DNA of 62,599 nt, the filler included, from Kipferlia bialata (taxonomy: Eukaryota): the NCBI GenBank assembly GCA_003568945.1. It is 5 parts of 5 records of this genome, joined end to end, with 100 filler letters (N's around TTAATTAATTAA, not from the genome) between each part and the next. Parts side by side here need not be neighbours in the genome. Positions count along the whole stretch, not along the records: positions 13,886 to 27,667 come from BDIP01000898.1; positions 27,768 to 41,548 come from BDIP01000899.1; 3 more parts are not named here. One strand, written 5' to 3'. The notes under the pieces were generated by a model. It was given only the letters and a program-made list of their open reading frames with translations, did not search any database and was not told where the DNA came from. This document shows, piece by piece, positions 25,068 through 36,565 of this stretch. The position numbers and the translations under genes were made by a program. The stretch's first letter is position 1. Every line of letters starts with the position of its first letter.

Positions 25068-26251
25068 GGGGGGGGGGGAGGGAGGGGGGGGGGGGGGGGG
25101 GGGGGGTAGAGATTCGGAGAGATGGAAGGAATGTCTGACATCCAACGTGACACGTGAGAATAAGAGTGGGGACAGAGAGAGAGAGAGAGATGACCGTACC
25201 CAGAGAGAGGTCTGAGGCTGCCAGGACTGCTGCAGAGAGGAGTGTGTGGCAGAGAGAGGCAGACTGGGTCAGCACACTGCGGTAGGAGGACACAATGGGG
25301 CCCATGCCTAGGGGGTGAGAATATGATGGTACTAGTAGATGGTGTATACAATACATACTACTAAATTGATACACATAGTGTGTGAATCACCCACCTGGTA
25401 TGCCGTTGAGGGAAGACACATGACATTGGATAGTATAGCATATATCTCTAGCTATCTATCTAGCCATGTATACATACATGTATATACACCACCCACCCGG
25501 TATGTCGTTGAGGGATGACACGACCTGTGCCATCCTCTCAGCCAGGACAGCAGACTCATCAAGGGCAGCCATGGCCTGGGGGTAAGAGAGAGAGTGATAC
25601 CAGAGAGTAGATATAGAGAGTAGATATACTCTAACGATAGAGACAGTCTCCATATTGCTACAACAGCACCCACCTGGACACCGACATCGAAGTGGAGTGC
25701 CCACACAAACAGGACCATGCTCTGCAGAGAGGCCTCCCTCATACGGAAATAGGCAGTCAGCATGTGCTTCTCCACAGCAGCTGGGATCATAGTGGCCTGT
25801 GGTGGGAGGGGGTCATAGAGAGGGGGGGGGTGTATGTGTTATACAAGTGAAGTGCACAAGAGAGTATCTACTTCCTATACGTGTATATACCACTCTAGCA
25901 CCGCAACCAGTGAATGATTGGTCCTCTAAACCACTCATGCAGTACCTGTGCTGTCTGTCCGTAGGCTGGCTGGGCCTGTACCTTCGATGCCACCTCCTGC
26001 TGGAGGTTGCAGAGGCTAGTGATGCCAGTCTTGGCCGATGTGAGCAGGGTCTGCACATCTCCCTTGCTCACAGCAGCCACAGCCTCGTCTGTGCTGGTCT
26101 GGTCGGTCACATACTGGTTGTAGCTGACCAGGAGTGTCTGTAGAAGAGTGGTGAGAGCTGCCTGGCGTGCAGAGAACTGCTCAGCCTCCTTTACTGTGGC
26201 CTCTGTGTATCCATGGCGAGCCGTAGGGGCTGCGGGGACAGCTGACTCCAT
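22903..26251 (-). CDS. Hypothetical protein: N-terminal helical region + C-terminal multi-pass membrane domain (could be two genes)
   Basis: Spliced TM segments such as VVNGIATCLFGALFFFGCVCI, ITNIVFACFFLVFGVWYLVL, WIFSLMVVAGLLFLVYVLYLLF and IFPCLILEIVLFLGFG; ATG at 26251. Confidence 0.5.
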
Positions 26252-26555
26252 ATACGTGCAGAAAACTGTCTATATAGCTTCTAAGTTGAGTTATCGGCCT
26301 ATGAGCTATGCTGTGGCGCCGTACAGCCAGCAATATATGCTCAGAGAGGAGTACTGTCTGAGTCGACCCCAGCTGGCCCATTTTTCTCTGCTCTCTGCAA
26401 AATCATCTCAGCATTTCAGAGCAGGCCTGCTCTCTCAATAGAACAGCTGTACTGAGCACCAAGAGACACTATTAGCTGTGAGAGACCAGTGGCTGGTAGA
26501 TAACTAGCCCTTCTGTCCCTTTCGAAGCTTCTTGGGGCAGTACGGGAGGCGTCAG

Positions 26556-27551
26556 ATGTCTGGTGCGTCTCCCATCTCGAGCACGTCTGGTCGGTCTCTG
26601 CCACTGCGGTTCCAGAATGCCTGGCCATCAGTAGCTAGGGAGCGGCAGCAGACAAGGGAGGTGCACGCGTCATTTGCGCAGACACGGAGTCCCCCAGCTG
26701 CACAGGCCTCCAGAGGGTATGAGAGTAGTAAGCCCCGATACAATGCTGCGTCTGTCCCCTTGACCCCCACCTTCCCCTCGGTCACGTCGGGTATCCTAGA
26801 CCTACCGACACCCTCTAGGGGTCGCCAGGAGGGCGGGTACTCCCCCCAGCTGGCCTCCCCCCAGATGATCATGGGTCGTTCCACTGCAGTGAAGGAGGGA
26901 AAGGAGCAAGGGGTGGCCCATCCACGCACTGGGTCCAGACACGGCCTGACAGCCACCATATCCAGTGGCAAGGACGTGTCGCAGGTGTCCTCTCCCATGC
27001 CGATCAGACACACCCGGGGCATGGAGATGAGCACCCTGGACGTGCCCATCTCTGAGACACTCCACAGCATGTGGGGCAAGACACCCGCACAGACACAGGA
27101 CACACCTCTGGACAGGACACAGCTGGGGAGGTCGGGGCTGCCCCCGATGGGTGTGGCACCTTCCACACCATCCTCTGCACAGGGGACTGGGGCTGGTGAC
27201 CTGGCCACCAGGGTCAATGCAGAGACCAGCATCAGACTCAGGTGGGGGATGTATAGGATGGCTCATTGTGGTGTGGTGTTGTATTATCTTCACTATTTGG
27301 GGTACTTGTCTTCTATTCGGTGTATATTGCCGACTCGTAATACTGTATTCATTCTCCCCTCCTCCCTCACGCTCTGTACTCTGTGTAACTCACCTCAGAG
27401 ATCAGCAGATCAGTGCCCCTCTATCAACTCTCTCTCTCTCTCTGTATACTATCTGTTACTGACACTAGGGACCAGCAGATCACTGCCCTCCTGCAGAAGA
27501 ACACAGAGCTGAGCAGGGCGGCACTGCAGCCATCCACAGACCCGGCTGTCA
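26556..27551 (+). CDS. 5' part of hypothetical Ser/Pro-rich protein leading into a coiled coil; truncated at contig end
   Basis: ORF MSGASPISS... to donor near 27242; next exon DQQITALLQKNTELSRA. Confidence 0.55.
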
Positions 27552-27618
27552 GGTATATATTCATCTGTCTGAGAACAGTAGTATTGTTCTTTACACACTC
27601 AGGTCTTTCGTGTGTGTA

Positions 27619-27667
<49 letters not shown>

Positions 27668-27767
27668 NNNNNNNNNNNNNNNNNNNNNNNNNNNNNNNNN
27701 NNNNNNNNNNNTTAATTAATTAANNNNNNNNNNNNNNNNNNNNNNNNNNNNNNNNNNNNNNNNNNNN
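27668..27767. other. Artificial contig linker N44-TTAATTAATTAA-N44
   Basis: 12-mer at 27712-27723. Confidence 0.97.
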
Positions 27768-28150
27768 CGATGGGGGCCCAGGCTCCGCACCTGTGGTAGG
27801 CGCTCTTGGAGGTGATGAATCCAACGCAGGAGGGCTAGGGTGAGAGTCTCGGCAGAAACGTTATGATGATACTTGACATGTGGAAGAAACGACATTGTCT
27901 ACATCATGATACTCGCCTTGACGGTCTCCAAAATGGTGGCGAACTTCTCAATGGCCCCGCAGCCGAAGAACATGGACTGGTTCTTGGTGCCATACTTCAT
28001 GGTGACGACCTGAAGGCAGAAATAGCAATTTGCCAGATCCAGATAAAGGAACGTCTTGCACATTCATTCGTAAGACCACCACAACGCATGAAATACCTTG
28101 TTGACATCAATCTGGTTGTAGTAGTCGAGGTTCATGGTAGCAGCTGGCAT
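27768..28150 (-). CDS. Iron-containing alcohol dehydrogenase, N-terminal part (prokaryote-like subfamily); truncated at contig start
   Basis: Spliced MPAATMNLDYYNQIDVNKVVTMKYGTKNQSMFFGCGAIEKFATILETVKPSCVGFITSKSAYHRCGAWAPI; FGxGAI..IT.KSAY..CGAW is typical of archaeal/clostridial Fe-ADH. Confidence 0.75.
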
Positions 28151-28296
28151 TATTCTTCAGTTGGCAAAGAAGAGCTGGACTTTCTGGTATTTCTTTCACC
28201 GTCGGCGACAAGACGTGAAATGGCCATTCTCTCGGTGTGAGGAGTCAGTCTACTCTTTCTCTTCTCTATACCCATAGTCTGAGTATAGAACTGGTG

Positions 28297-29097
28297 ATGG
28301 GAACTGATCAACCCTTCCCGACGGAGGAAGGGAATGCAGGTGTGCGTGTGTAGCTGCATGGATGTCAAGGAACTGTTTAGACATCTCAGTGTTCAGTCAT
28401 TTGTGTATGTATGTAATGTACTATCAGTCATCTGACCCAGACCCCCTCCTACCAGCATCCATGCTGACCACACTGATGAAGATGGTCCACAACACAGTGA
28501 GTACATCCTGAGAATTGCCCCCCCCCCCATCTTCCCCACACAATGTCTGCAGTTCAATAAATACTAGTTCTATATATAGTATACTGGTTAAGGTGGTCAA
28601 CCCATCCCCATCCCCGTCACTTCGAGTGACCAATCTCCATATTTGACCTTTCCACTGCCACCAGTGTCACTCTCCCATCTCTTAGCCCGTGTGTGTGTGT
28701 GTATGCCTGACTTCTAACTGACACCAGACTGTGCAGAACCAGTCTCTGCTGGAGAGAGTGGGTGCCATGGAGGTGGCCATGGCATATGCCGCACAGCAGA
28801 GAGAGGCAGAGGCAGCAGGCAGAAGGGACATGACGTCACAGCTGGCAGCGGCCCAGTCAACTATATCCCAGCTGGAGGAGACTCTGGCTCAGGAGAGGGC
28901 CGGGAGGGAGGAGGAGAGAGAGAGACTGAGGGTGTGTGTCAACGTTAGTGGTGGGAACGGTCAGGCAGGCAACGACACCTCTGAGCTGGCCCTTGCCAGA
29001 CGCACCCTGCTGGTTGGGTACCTGCCCACCTCTCAGGCAGGGCCCGGCCTATCCACCCACCTGGACGCCTCTAGGGCATACTCGGCCATGCAGGTGG

Positions 29098-29137
<40 letters not shown>

Positions 29138-30039
29138 CCCTCTGACCCAGGCCAGATACCCTGGCATACCCCTCATGGAGGCAGTGGAGGAGAGGGCAGC
29201 CAGGGTGGACTTCTCCAGCCACTGGCAGGTACGGAATGAACATACAGGGTCCTACGACACACCTCACTCATGAGACGTGTTCTGACTCAATTAATACCCT
29301 CCCGTTGTCTTATCTCGCAGGGGTATGACCACGAGTCCGAGCACACTCTCACCTCTAGGGGCTTTGCTCCTGACACACAGGTAAGCAAGTGGGTGATAAT
29401 TTATGAGTGAGGTCTGGTGGACTGGAGACATACATATATGCATATGTGTGCATTTTGTAGGGGAGAGTCTGTGCTCCTATACCAGGACTGACTCGCAAGA
29501 TGATTAGCAGTAGTGACGATGAGTATACAATAGTTACCCATTCCATGCTACTAAGAGCCTTTGCCTCACCCCAGGCCTGGAGCGCTGCCTGCAACGTGGC
29601 TGGTCAGTATGGCATGGTGACCTTTGACAGACCTGTTGTGCTGGTGGGTGTGGCCACGAGGGGGAGGCCCACCTGTGACCAGTGGATCACCCAGTACGGC
29701 ATAGAGGTACGCATCGCGTAGATACGATCTATACTTCCTCCAGCCTCACACTCTCCCCACCTTGTTGACTCGATTCATCCCACCCCAGATCTTCGACCCA
29801 GACACTAGGGACTGGGTGCCTGTGGAGGAGCAGCGGCAGTACACCGGTAACACCAACAGGAACAGCATAGTGCTGCACGCCTTTGGGGCACCTGTCGTGG
29901 CAAAGCAGGTGCGGGTGGTATAGTGCCTGATGTCCCACACTATACTCGTACCATGTCTCACTGTCAGCTTCGCATTGTGGCCGTTGAGTGGCACCAGCAC
30001 GTGTCCATGAGGTTCGAGGTCTATGTATGGCGGTACTGA
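28297..30039 (+). CDS. Coiled-coil protein with C-terminal discoidin (F5/8 type C) domain; start uncertain
   Basis: AWSAACNVAGQYGMVTFDRPVVLVGVATRGRPTCDQWITQY..YTGNTNRNSIVLHAF..PVVAKQLRIVAVEWHQHVSMRFEVY. Confidence 0.8.
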
Positions 30040-30468
30040 TGTGCATATTGGTACTGACTTGTGAATATTATTATGATCCTGATATGCAATCATTTGTTGG
30101 GTGACTACATGCACCATGCGTCAGCGGGTCACTTGACAGAAGGTTAAGTTACATGGAGGGAACATAGAACTTGTAGCATATATTCACACTGTGACTACGC
30201 GTCGACCTTCAGGTTTCGTGTAGCCTGAAGGAACTGTGAACAGTCGATACCCATACAAACACTAAGTGTTCCATCACATATCACAAAATGGAGACACTCC
30301 ACTTCCCAGAATAGCCGTAGGACTACCAAGTGAATACATATTGAAGGAAGACACAGTTCCCCTACATTCTTAGGGCGCCTTGCCAAGGTTTAGAAACAAC
30401 AGGGACACACGCGAGAGTGTTCTCAACTGCGATAGCTTATGTGAATGGGCACTTAAATAACCGGCCTC

Positions 30469-32218
30469 TCAGAGCTCCTCCCATGCCTCGCTGTCGACTG
30501 CCTCCTCTACGGCATCTTCCAGCAGAGAGTGGCGCTCAGTCACCCTGAAGAGCTGTGTGCTGCTGTCTGCTCGGTGAGGGAGAGGTGGTATACAGAGTGA
30601 TAGAGATATACATAGCCACACGCACCCATCTTGGTCAGCTTCCGGAGGGCCTCTGCCTTCTGCACCGCATCGGTCTTGACAGCATAGCCTGGGGGTGGGG
30701 GGGGGGTGTATACCGTGGGAGGAATAAGGAGAAACGAACACATAACCAGCTGCCCCTACCTACGACTCCCACCAGCACCACTATCAATGATGCCACCTTG
30801 TACCCTGTCATGCACTCGGCAGGGTCCACACTGCAGAAGAAGAGAGCAGACCCCAGGAACACACCCACTGGGGTGAGACTACAGACATGTATATAGAGGA
30901 CATAGAGAGAGAGAGAGAGACAAGCCATCATATTAGGGCGAACAGATACACACGTACCACTAGCCACTGTCTTGTAGACAGCCATGGAGACTGATCCAAT
31001 GACCCCCAGCATCGTGTAGAAACAGCCAGAGTGCACTGAGGGTGAGAGGGATTGCCGTAACGGGATCATCGATATTCAGTATGAGACCGACATATCACAG
31101 GATAGATGTCCACCCACCTGTATCCACAAGTGTCAGTATGCCATATAGTAGCCAGATGGCAGAGTAGTGGCTGCCAGCGTCAGTGATGGGGTCGATCACT
31201 AGCTCCTGCACAGTGAGAGGGAAAGAAGGCTACTAACTCAGTAGGGTTACAAGAATGGCCCCTTCCCCAATGAACACCAACACCTGTATAGTCGAACCCC
31301 ACCTGCCACCTAGGCACTGTGTATATGAGCACATACAGCATCAGCCACAGGACGTCGAAGATGCCTGGGGTGAGGGAGTGACACACTACTTAGAACACCT
31401 CTTCCTCTGTACATCCGCAGTGTATATACGTGTCACGGTCTATCAGTCTCACTGTCTGAGTCTGCCATCATAGCTAGCCATACCTACCAGCCCACAGTAT
31501 CTCTGGGGGTGGAGAGGACGCTGGTCTGGGCGCCTGGGTATAAGTGTACGCCGATTGGTTGTCTACAATATGCACATTAGGAAGTATGTCACACTGTTCT
31601 AATGGTGTCTAGCTACTGTACACGTAAATGCAGGTACACAGATACAATTTACCCACACCTGAGCACGGCCTCTGCCAGGAAGTATGTGCCGGAGTGCATG
31701 ATGGTGCCTATCAGGGTGACAACACAACCGGCAACCATCCTGTCGCCTGGGGTGAGAGAGAGAGTCTGAGAGGGGCAGAGGCAGAGAGAGGATGTCTCTA
31801 CCTGGCTGGTTGAGAGCATCAACCCCACTGATGCCCAGCCCAGTCACCACAGTCCCAATGAAGGCCCACTGCTCTAGGGGTCAGATGCAGTTGTAGAGAC
31901 TTAAAGCAATACTAATATAAGAATACCGAGAATAAGACACAGGATGCAACGTACGGTTAGTGAGCTTCCTCCCGACCAGTATCCTGGACCCGATGGCAGC
32001 CCAGATAGGGACGGAGGAGTATACGATGGTATACATGGCAGAGCCAACCTGGGGTGAGTGTATAGAGTCTATACTTAGCTGTTCAACAGTTGTGATATAC
32101 TATATGGGGTGTTGAGAGAGGCAATGATTGGATATATACATATATACAGACAAGACTATCTACGCACCCATAGCTGGCCGAATATGACTACTGTACTGGC
32201 TATGACATCAACGAGGGA
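30469..32218 (-). CDS. DMT/EamA (SLC35-like) multi-pass transporter; 5' part lost in gap
   Basis: VGSAMYTIVYSSVPIWAAIGSRILVGRKLTN..QWAFIGTVVTGLGI..GCVVTLIGTIMHS..VFLGSALFFC..MTGYKVASLIVVLVGV. Confidence 0.75.
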
Positions 32219-32245
32219 CACTGAGGGTGAGACAGAAGTGGGGGG

Positions 32246-32279
<34 letters not shown>

Positions 32280-32902
32280 GAGATTGAAAGATANNNNNNN
32301 NNNNNNNNNNNNNNNNNNNNNNNNNNNNNNNNNNNNNNNNNNNNNNNNNNNNNNNNNNNNNNNNNNNNNNNNNNNNNNNNNNNNNNNNNNNNNNNNNNNN
32401 NNNNNNNNNNNNNNNNNNNNNNNNNNNNNNNNNNNNNNNNNNNNNNNNNNNNNNNNNNNNNNNNNNNNNNNNNNNNNNNNNNNNNNNNNNNNNNNNNNNN
32501 NNNNNNNNNNNNNNNNNNNNNNNNNNNNNNNNNNNNNNNNNNNNNNNNNNNNNNNNNNNNNNNNNNNNNNNNNNNNNNNNNNNNNNNNNNNNNNNNNNNN
32601 NNNNNNNNNNNNNNNNNNNNNNNNNNNNNNNNNNNNNNNNNNNNNNNNNNNNNNNNNNNNNNNNNNNNNNNNNNNNNNNNNNNNNNNNNNNNNNNNNNNN
32701 NNNNNNNNNNNNNNNNNNNNNNNNNNNNNNNNNNNNNNNNNNNNNNNNNNNNNNNNNNNNNNNNNNNNNNNNNNNNNNNNNNNNNNNNNNNNNNNNNNNN
32801 NNNNNNNNNNNNNNNNNNNNNNNNNNNNNNNNNNNNNNNNNNNNNNNNNNNNNNNNTGGGGTTTGTGGTGGGGGGGGGGGGGGGGGGGGTATTATATATA
32901 TA

Positions 32903-33231
32903 CTCCAGTGAGAGCGTGTGCATGGCAGCTGCTGATACCTTCTCGTACAGCTCCACCCTGTGCCCATCGTCATCTATGTTGAGCTGGGGTTGGGGGAGGC
33001 AGGGGAGAAGAGAGGGATGTACAATTAGGAATAGCGGCTAATTACTGGGGTGATGCAACACCTTCCATAGTGACTTAGATATCCTTGTGATATTGAATGA
33101 GTTAGTGTGAATAAGCCACTGCATAGGTACAGTAGACTGGTAAAGACCCGTACAATGAGTGCCTCTGGTCTGCTCAGTCTCCTGTCCCTCAGCTCTTGGA
33201 CAAGGTCGCCAACCTCACTGCTAACCTCCAT
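32903..33231 (-). CDS. 5' exons of hypothetical protein (MEVSSEVGDLVQELRDRRLSRPEALI..); link to the transporter across the gap unclear
   Basis: ATG at 33231; two short GT-AG-bounded exons before the N gap. Confidence 0.35.
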
Positions 33232-33495
33232 CGCTGGTAGGTGTGTGTGTAGAGGGGGGAGGGGGGGTAGGCTGGGTAGAGGAGTGACAGATGGTGGGAC
33301 CGTACAATTCCTCTTGGCCCCCTGACTCTGGCACAAACGTGTATACAGCCATCATCTCTCCTCTCTACAGTATAGATGACACCACCTGATAGCGGCAGGT
33401 GCCTCAAAATGGGCCGGCTTTAGCCTGTTTTCGACGATTCAGGGCGACTTGAGCTTGGGAGGCGAGTGGTATTGTCCTGTATTGACCCTTTTGGA

Positions 33496-33913
33496 ATGAG
33501 TATCACGCTGCGGAACGTCAGTTCAGGCCAAGAGTGCCTATCTCTCTCTCTCCACGTCCCAATAGGCCATGCATGCTTTCTGTTAGGACCAGGGAGCACG
33601 GCTATCACTGGAGGTATGAGAGACTGAATATCCACTCAATGAGATATCTTGATTACCGTCTTCCAGCCTCGAGTGAATATCGTCTCTCTTCATTTCTACG
33701 TGCACTCTCTTGTAGACATAGCCGATGTTTTGACTCCAGGGATAGCCGGGCAGCCCAAGAGCACCCTCTCTGGTGCCGTCATTACCCCACCCCGCACTGC
33801 GTTTGTGTATGATGTGCAGCCCCCCTCCCACCTGTCTGTCCAACAACTGCTGGTGCAGGAGGCACTGATGAGGGGGACACCCAGACAGGTGGGGTGTCTG
33901 CTACTCATTCTAG

Positions 33914-33948
<35 letters not shown>

Positions 33949-36224
33949 GTCCTCATCTTCCAGGTTTGTGTTGCCCGTGCCACCTCAGCAGCTGCCATAT
34001 GTCACCTGCAGGTAGGGTGTGTATACATTAAGAGTGATTCGTGCCGTGCGTATTCTGCCTCTGCCACGACATTCCTACCATCCCATCCCAGCTCTCTGCC
34101 TCTGTATCCTCTGTGTCTACTAGTGCAGTGGGCAGGGCCCAGCTGTGTCTGGCCTGTGCCGTGGTGGGGGACCCAGATGGGATGGTGGTAGGTGGGCATG
34201 GGATTGAGACTAGTATCGTGGTAGATAACTTACATAGTATGTACTGTCTTACCCCAGGTGACCTTGTGTCCGGCCTTGGCAGAGTGGACCAGTTCAACGT
34301 GGTGTGCATCATCCTGACCATAGCCATGGGGTACAGCCACATACACCTGGGGGCACAGGGGATAGGGCACGAGGCAGTGTCGGTGTCAGACCCTCTGATG
34401 AGACCTAGGTATGGACGTAGAGTCAGTGTAGTATGGACAGTGAGGAGTACACCTTATACATCATCCCCCCTCTGTATCTGTCCCCCTACCCACCCCAGGT
34501 CCCTCCTAGTGTCTGCTCCCTCCCTCAACGGCGTCTGTCTCGGGTGTGTACCTAGGGTGAGTGGCAGGATACATCCTTGGAATATACTTGCTGTGTTACC
34601 GTCCCATCCATACCCCCACCCCAGGTTGTTGTATTAAGCCAGGGCTACACCGTGTACAGAGGCAGTGGTAGAGGTCTGCCTGGCTATGTGGCAGAGGTGT
34701 GCAGACAGGAGGGCAGGGAGTGCGGGGGGTCTGGCCTAGGTCCCCTAGACCTGTTGCTAGACATGACCGATGTCACACCCGTGGCTGTCATGGAGGCTGA
34801 GGGAGAGGGGGAGGGGGATGGGACATACGACCTACACAGCGAGAGTGAGAGTGACAATGAAGGAGAGGGAGAGGGAGAGAGGGAGAGAGAAGGGGATGGT
34901 GTGGTGGAGAGTGACCCAGGCCAGAGGGTGCCCGGTGCCCCAGAAGGCTTCACCCCCAAGGGCGAGGGAGACACCGACAAGGCAGCCCAGGTGGAGATCC
35001 ACTACCCCTTCTCCCCCCTGTCCCAGTCCAGTACCCTGTCCAGGTGTGTGGCCCTCTCTGCCCTGTCCCTCAGCCACCACGACACAGTGCAGAGACACTG
35101 CAGGGAGGCCAGGCTGCAGCACGAGGCAGTGCACGAGCCATCCCCCTCCCAGACCCAGACCAAGGGAGAGAGGGCAGGGACACTGTCTGCAGAGGCAGGG
35201 GGCAAGGAGGCGCTGGAGATGGACACAGACACCCATCCCTTCAAGGTGGAGTCTGGTGCACCAGGGGGTGGTGTGGGTGGTGTTGTGCAGCGCATGATGC
35301 CTGCCCTCACCCCCTGTGTCGATGTGCCCGAGGCCGAGGAGTCACTCACTCTACTGCCACCCACCCGGACAGACAGCCAGGGGGAGACAGAGGGGGAGGG
35401 GGAGGGGGAGGAGGGGAGGTGGCTGGGCGAGAGTGACTATGTGTCGGACTCTGAGTCAGAGGAGGACCCCCTCTCTGTGCTGCCCTGGATAGCAGCTAGG
35501 GACATATCAAGGTGGGGGGACTCCTATACCACTGATGTGTCATCTATATGTACTTTATACTCTCTCACCCCTTAGATGCCGCCCCTCGGCTGTGTCCCGT
35601 ACAGTGTGTCTGGCCAAGGGTCAGTATGCGACTCTCTTCCATGGTCAGGGTACCCTCCTGAGGGGTGTGGTGTGGATGGTGTGTGCCTTGCTGGGAGTGT
35701 ACCTGGCCTCACCTTTGTCTGGCCCAGGTCCCACTCTGGTGTCTATGCTCATGGGCTGGATGTGGGTGGCTTACGTAGCAGGTGAGGGTTGTATGGGGAT
35801 GTATGTTGTATCGTGTAGTTACCTCCCCCCCCCCCTCACCCCAGCCCCCTCCGCCTGGACTGTCCAGTCCATCAGACATGGGGTGTACCCCCTTAGGATG
35901 CACGTTGCCGCAGTGCTGTCTCTCTACCTACCCGTCATCAGTCTGTTCTCAGGGGTGGCAGGGGTCATGGCACAGGGGGACAGCATACTAGGGAGCAGTG
36001 TATACCACGCTGCCTGCTGTACACTAGGCACCCTCCTAGCCCTCTGTACCCCCTCTCCCATACTGGTGGTTATGTGTGCACTGGGTGTGCTAGGTGTGCA
36101 CACTGTCACTGAGGCCACCACTGTACCTCCCCTCCCTCTGTCTGTGTCGGTGTGTGTGGCAGGGGTGGGTGCCTTGGTCAGAGCTCCCAGGAGACACAGG
36201 CGCAGAGGGGTGGTCATGTTCTAG
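33496..36224 (+). CDS. Highly degenerate ABCG-type half transporter (NBD-TMD) lacking intact Walker A/signature/Walker B
   Basis: TLRNVSS..PGSTAITG; AFVYDVQPPSHLSVQQLL..ALMR; QLCLACAVVGDPDGMVGDLVSGL; RVVVLSQGYTVYRGS..PLDLLLD; TMD with QSIRHGVYPLRMHVAA follow ABCG motif order. Confidence 0.6.
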
Positions 36225-36565
36225 GCTGTAGGGTTGGCACTCAGTCATGTGTTGTTACATGGAGAGAGTGAGAGTGTACCGTAGACCGATAACTGAGATA
36301 GATTCTATATCTTCGACAATAGATGCTCAGACTGTTTTATTCAACATGGTACAACATAAGTGGTTCAGTCATGATAACCACAGCAACAACTAGACAAGGA
36401 AATATAAGGAAAACAATAATAGGGATAGAGTCAACACGATAACGTCATAGTGGTTGACACATCCACGAAACACACACGTGTGCACCACACACACACTAAC
36501 CATGTCACAACATGCATGTCACACTATGGACTGCACTCTGGGGCACTGTACACACCCTCTTCCCA

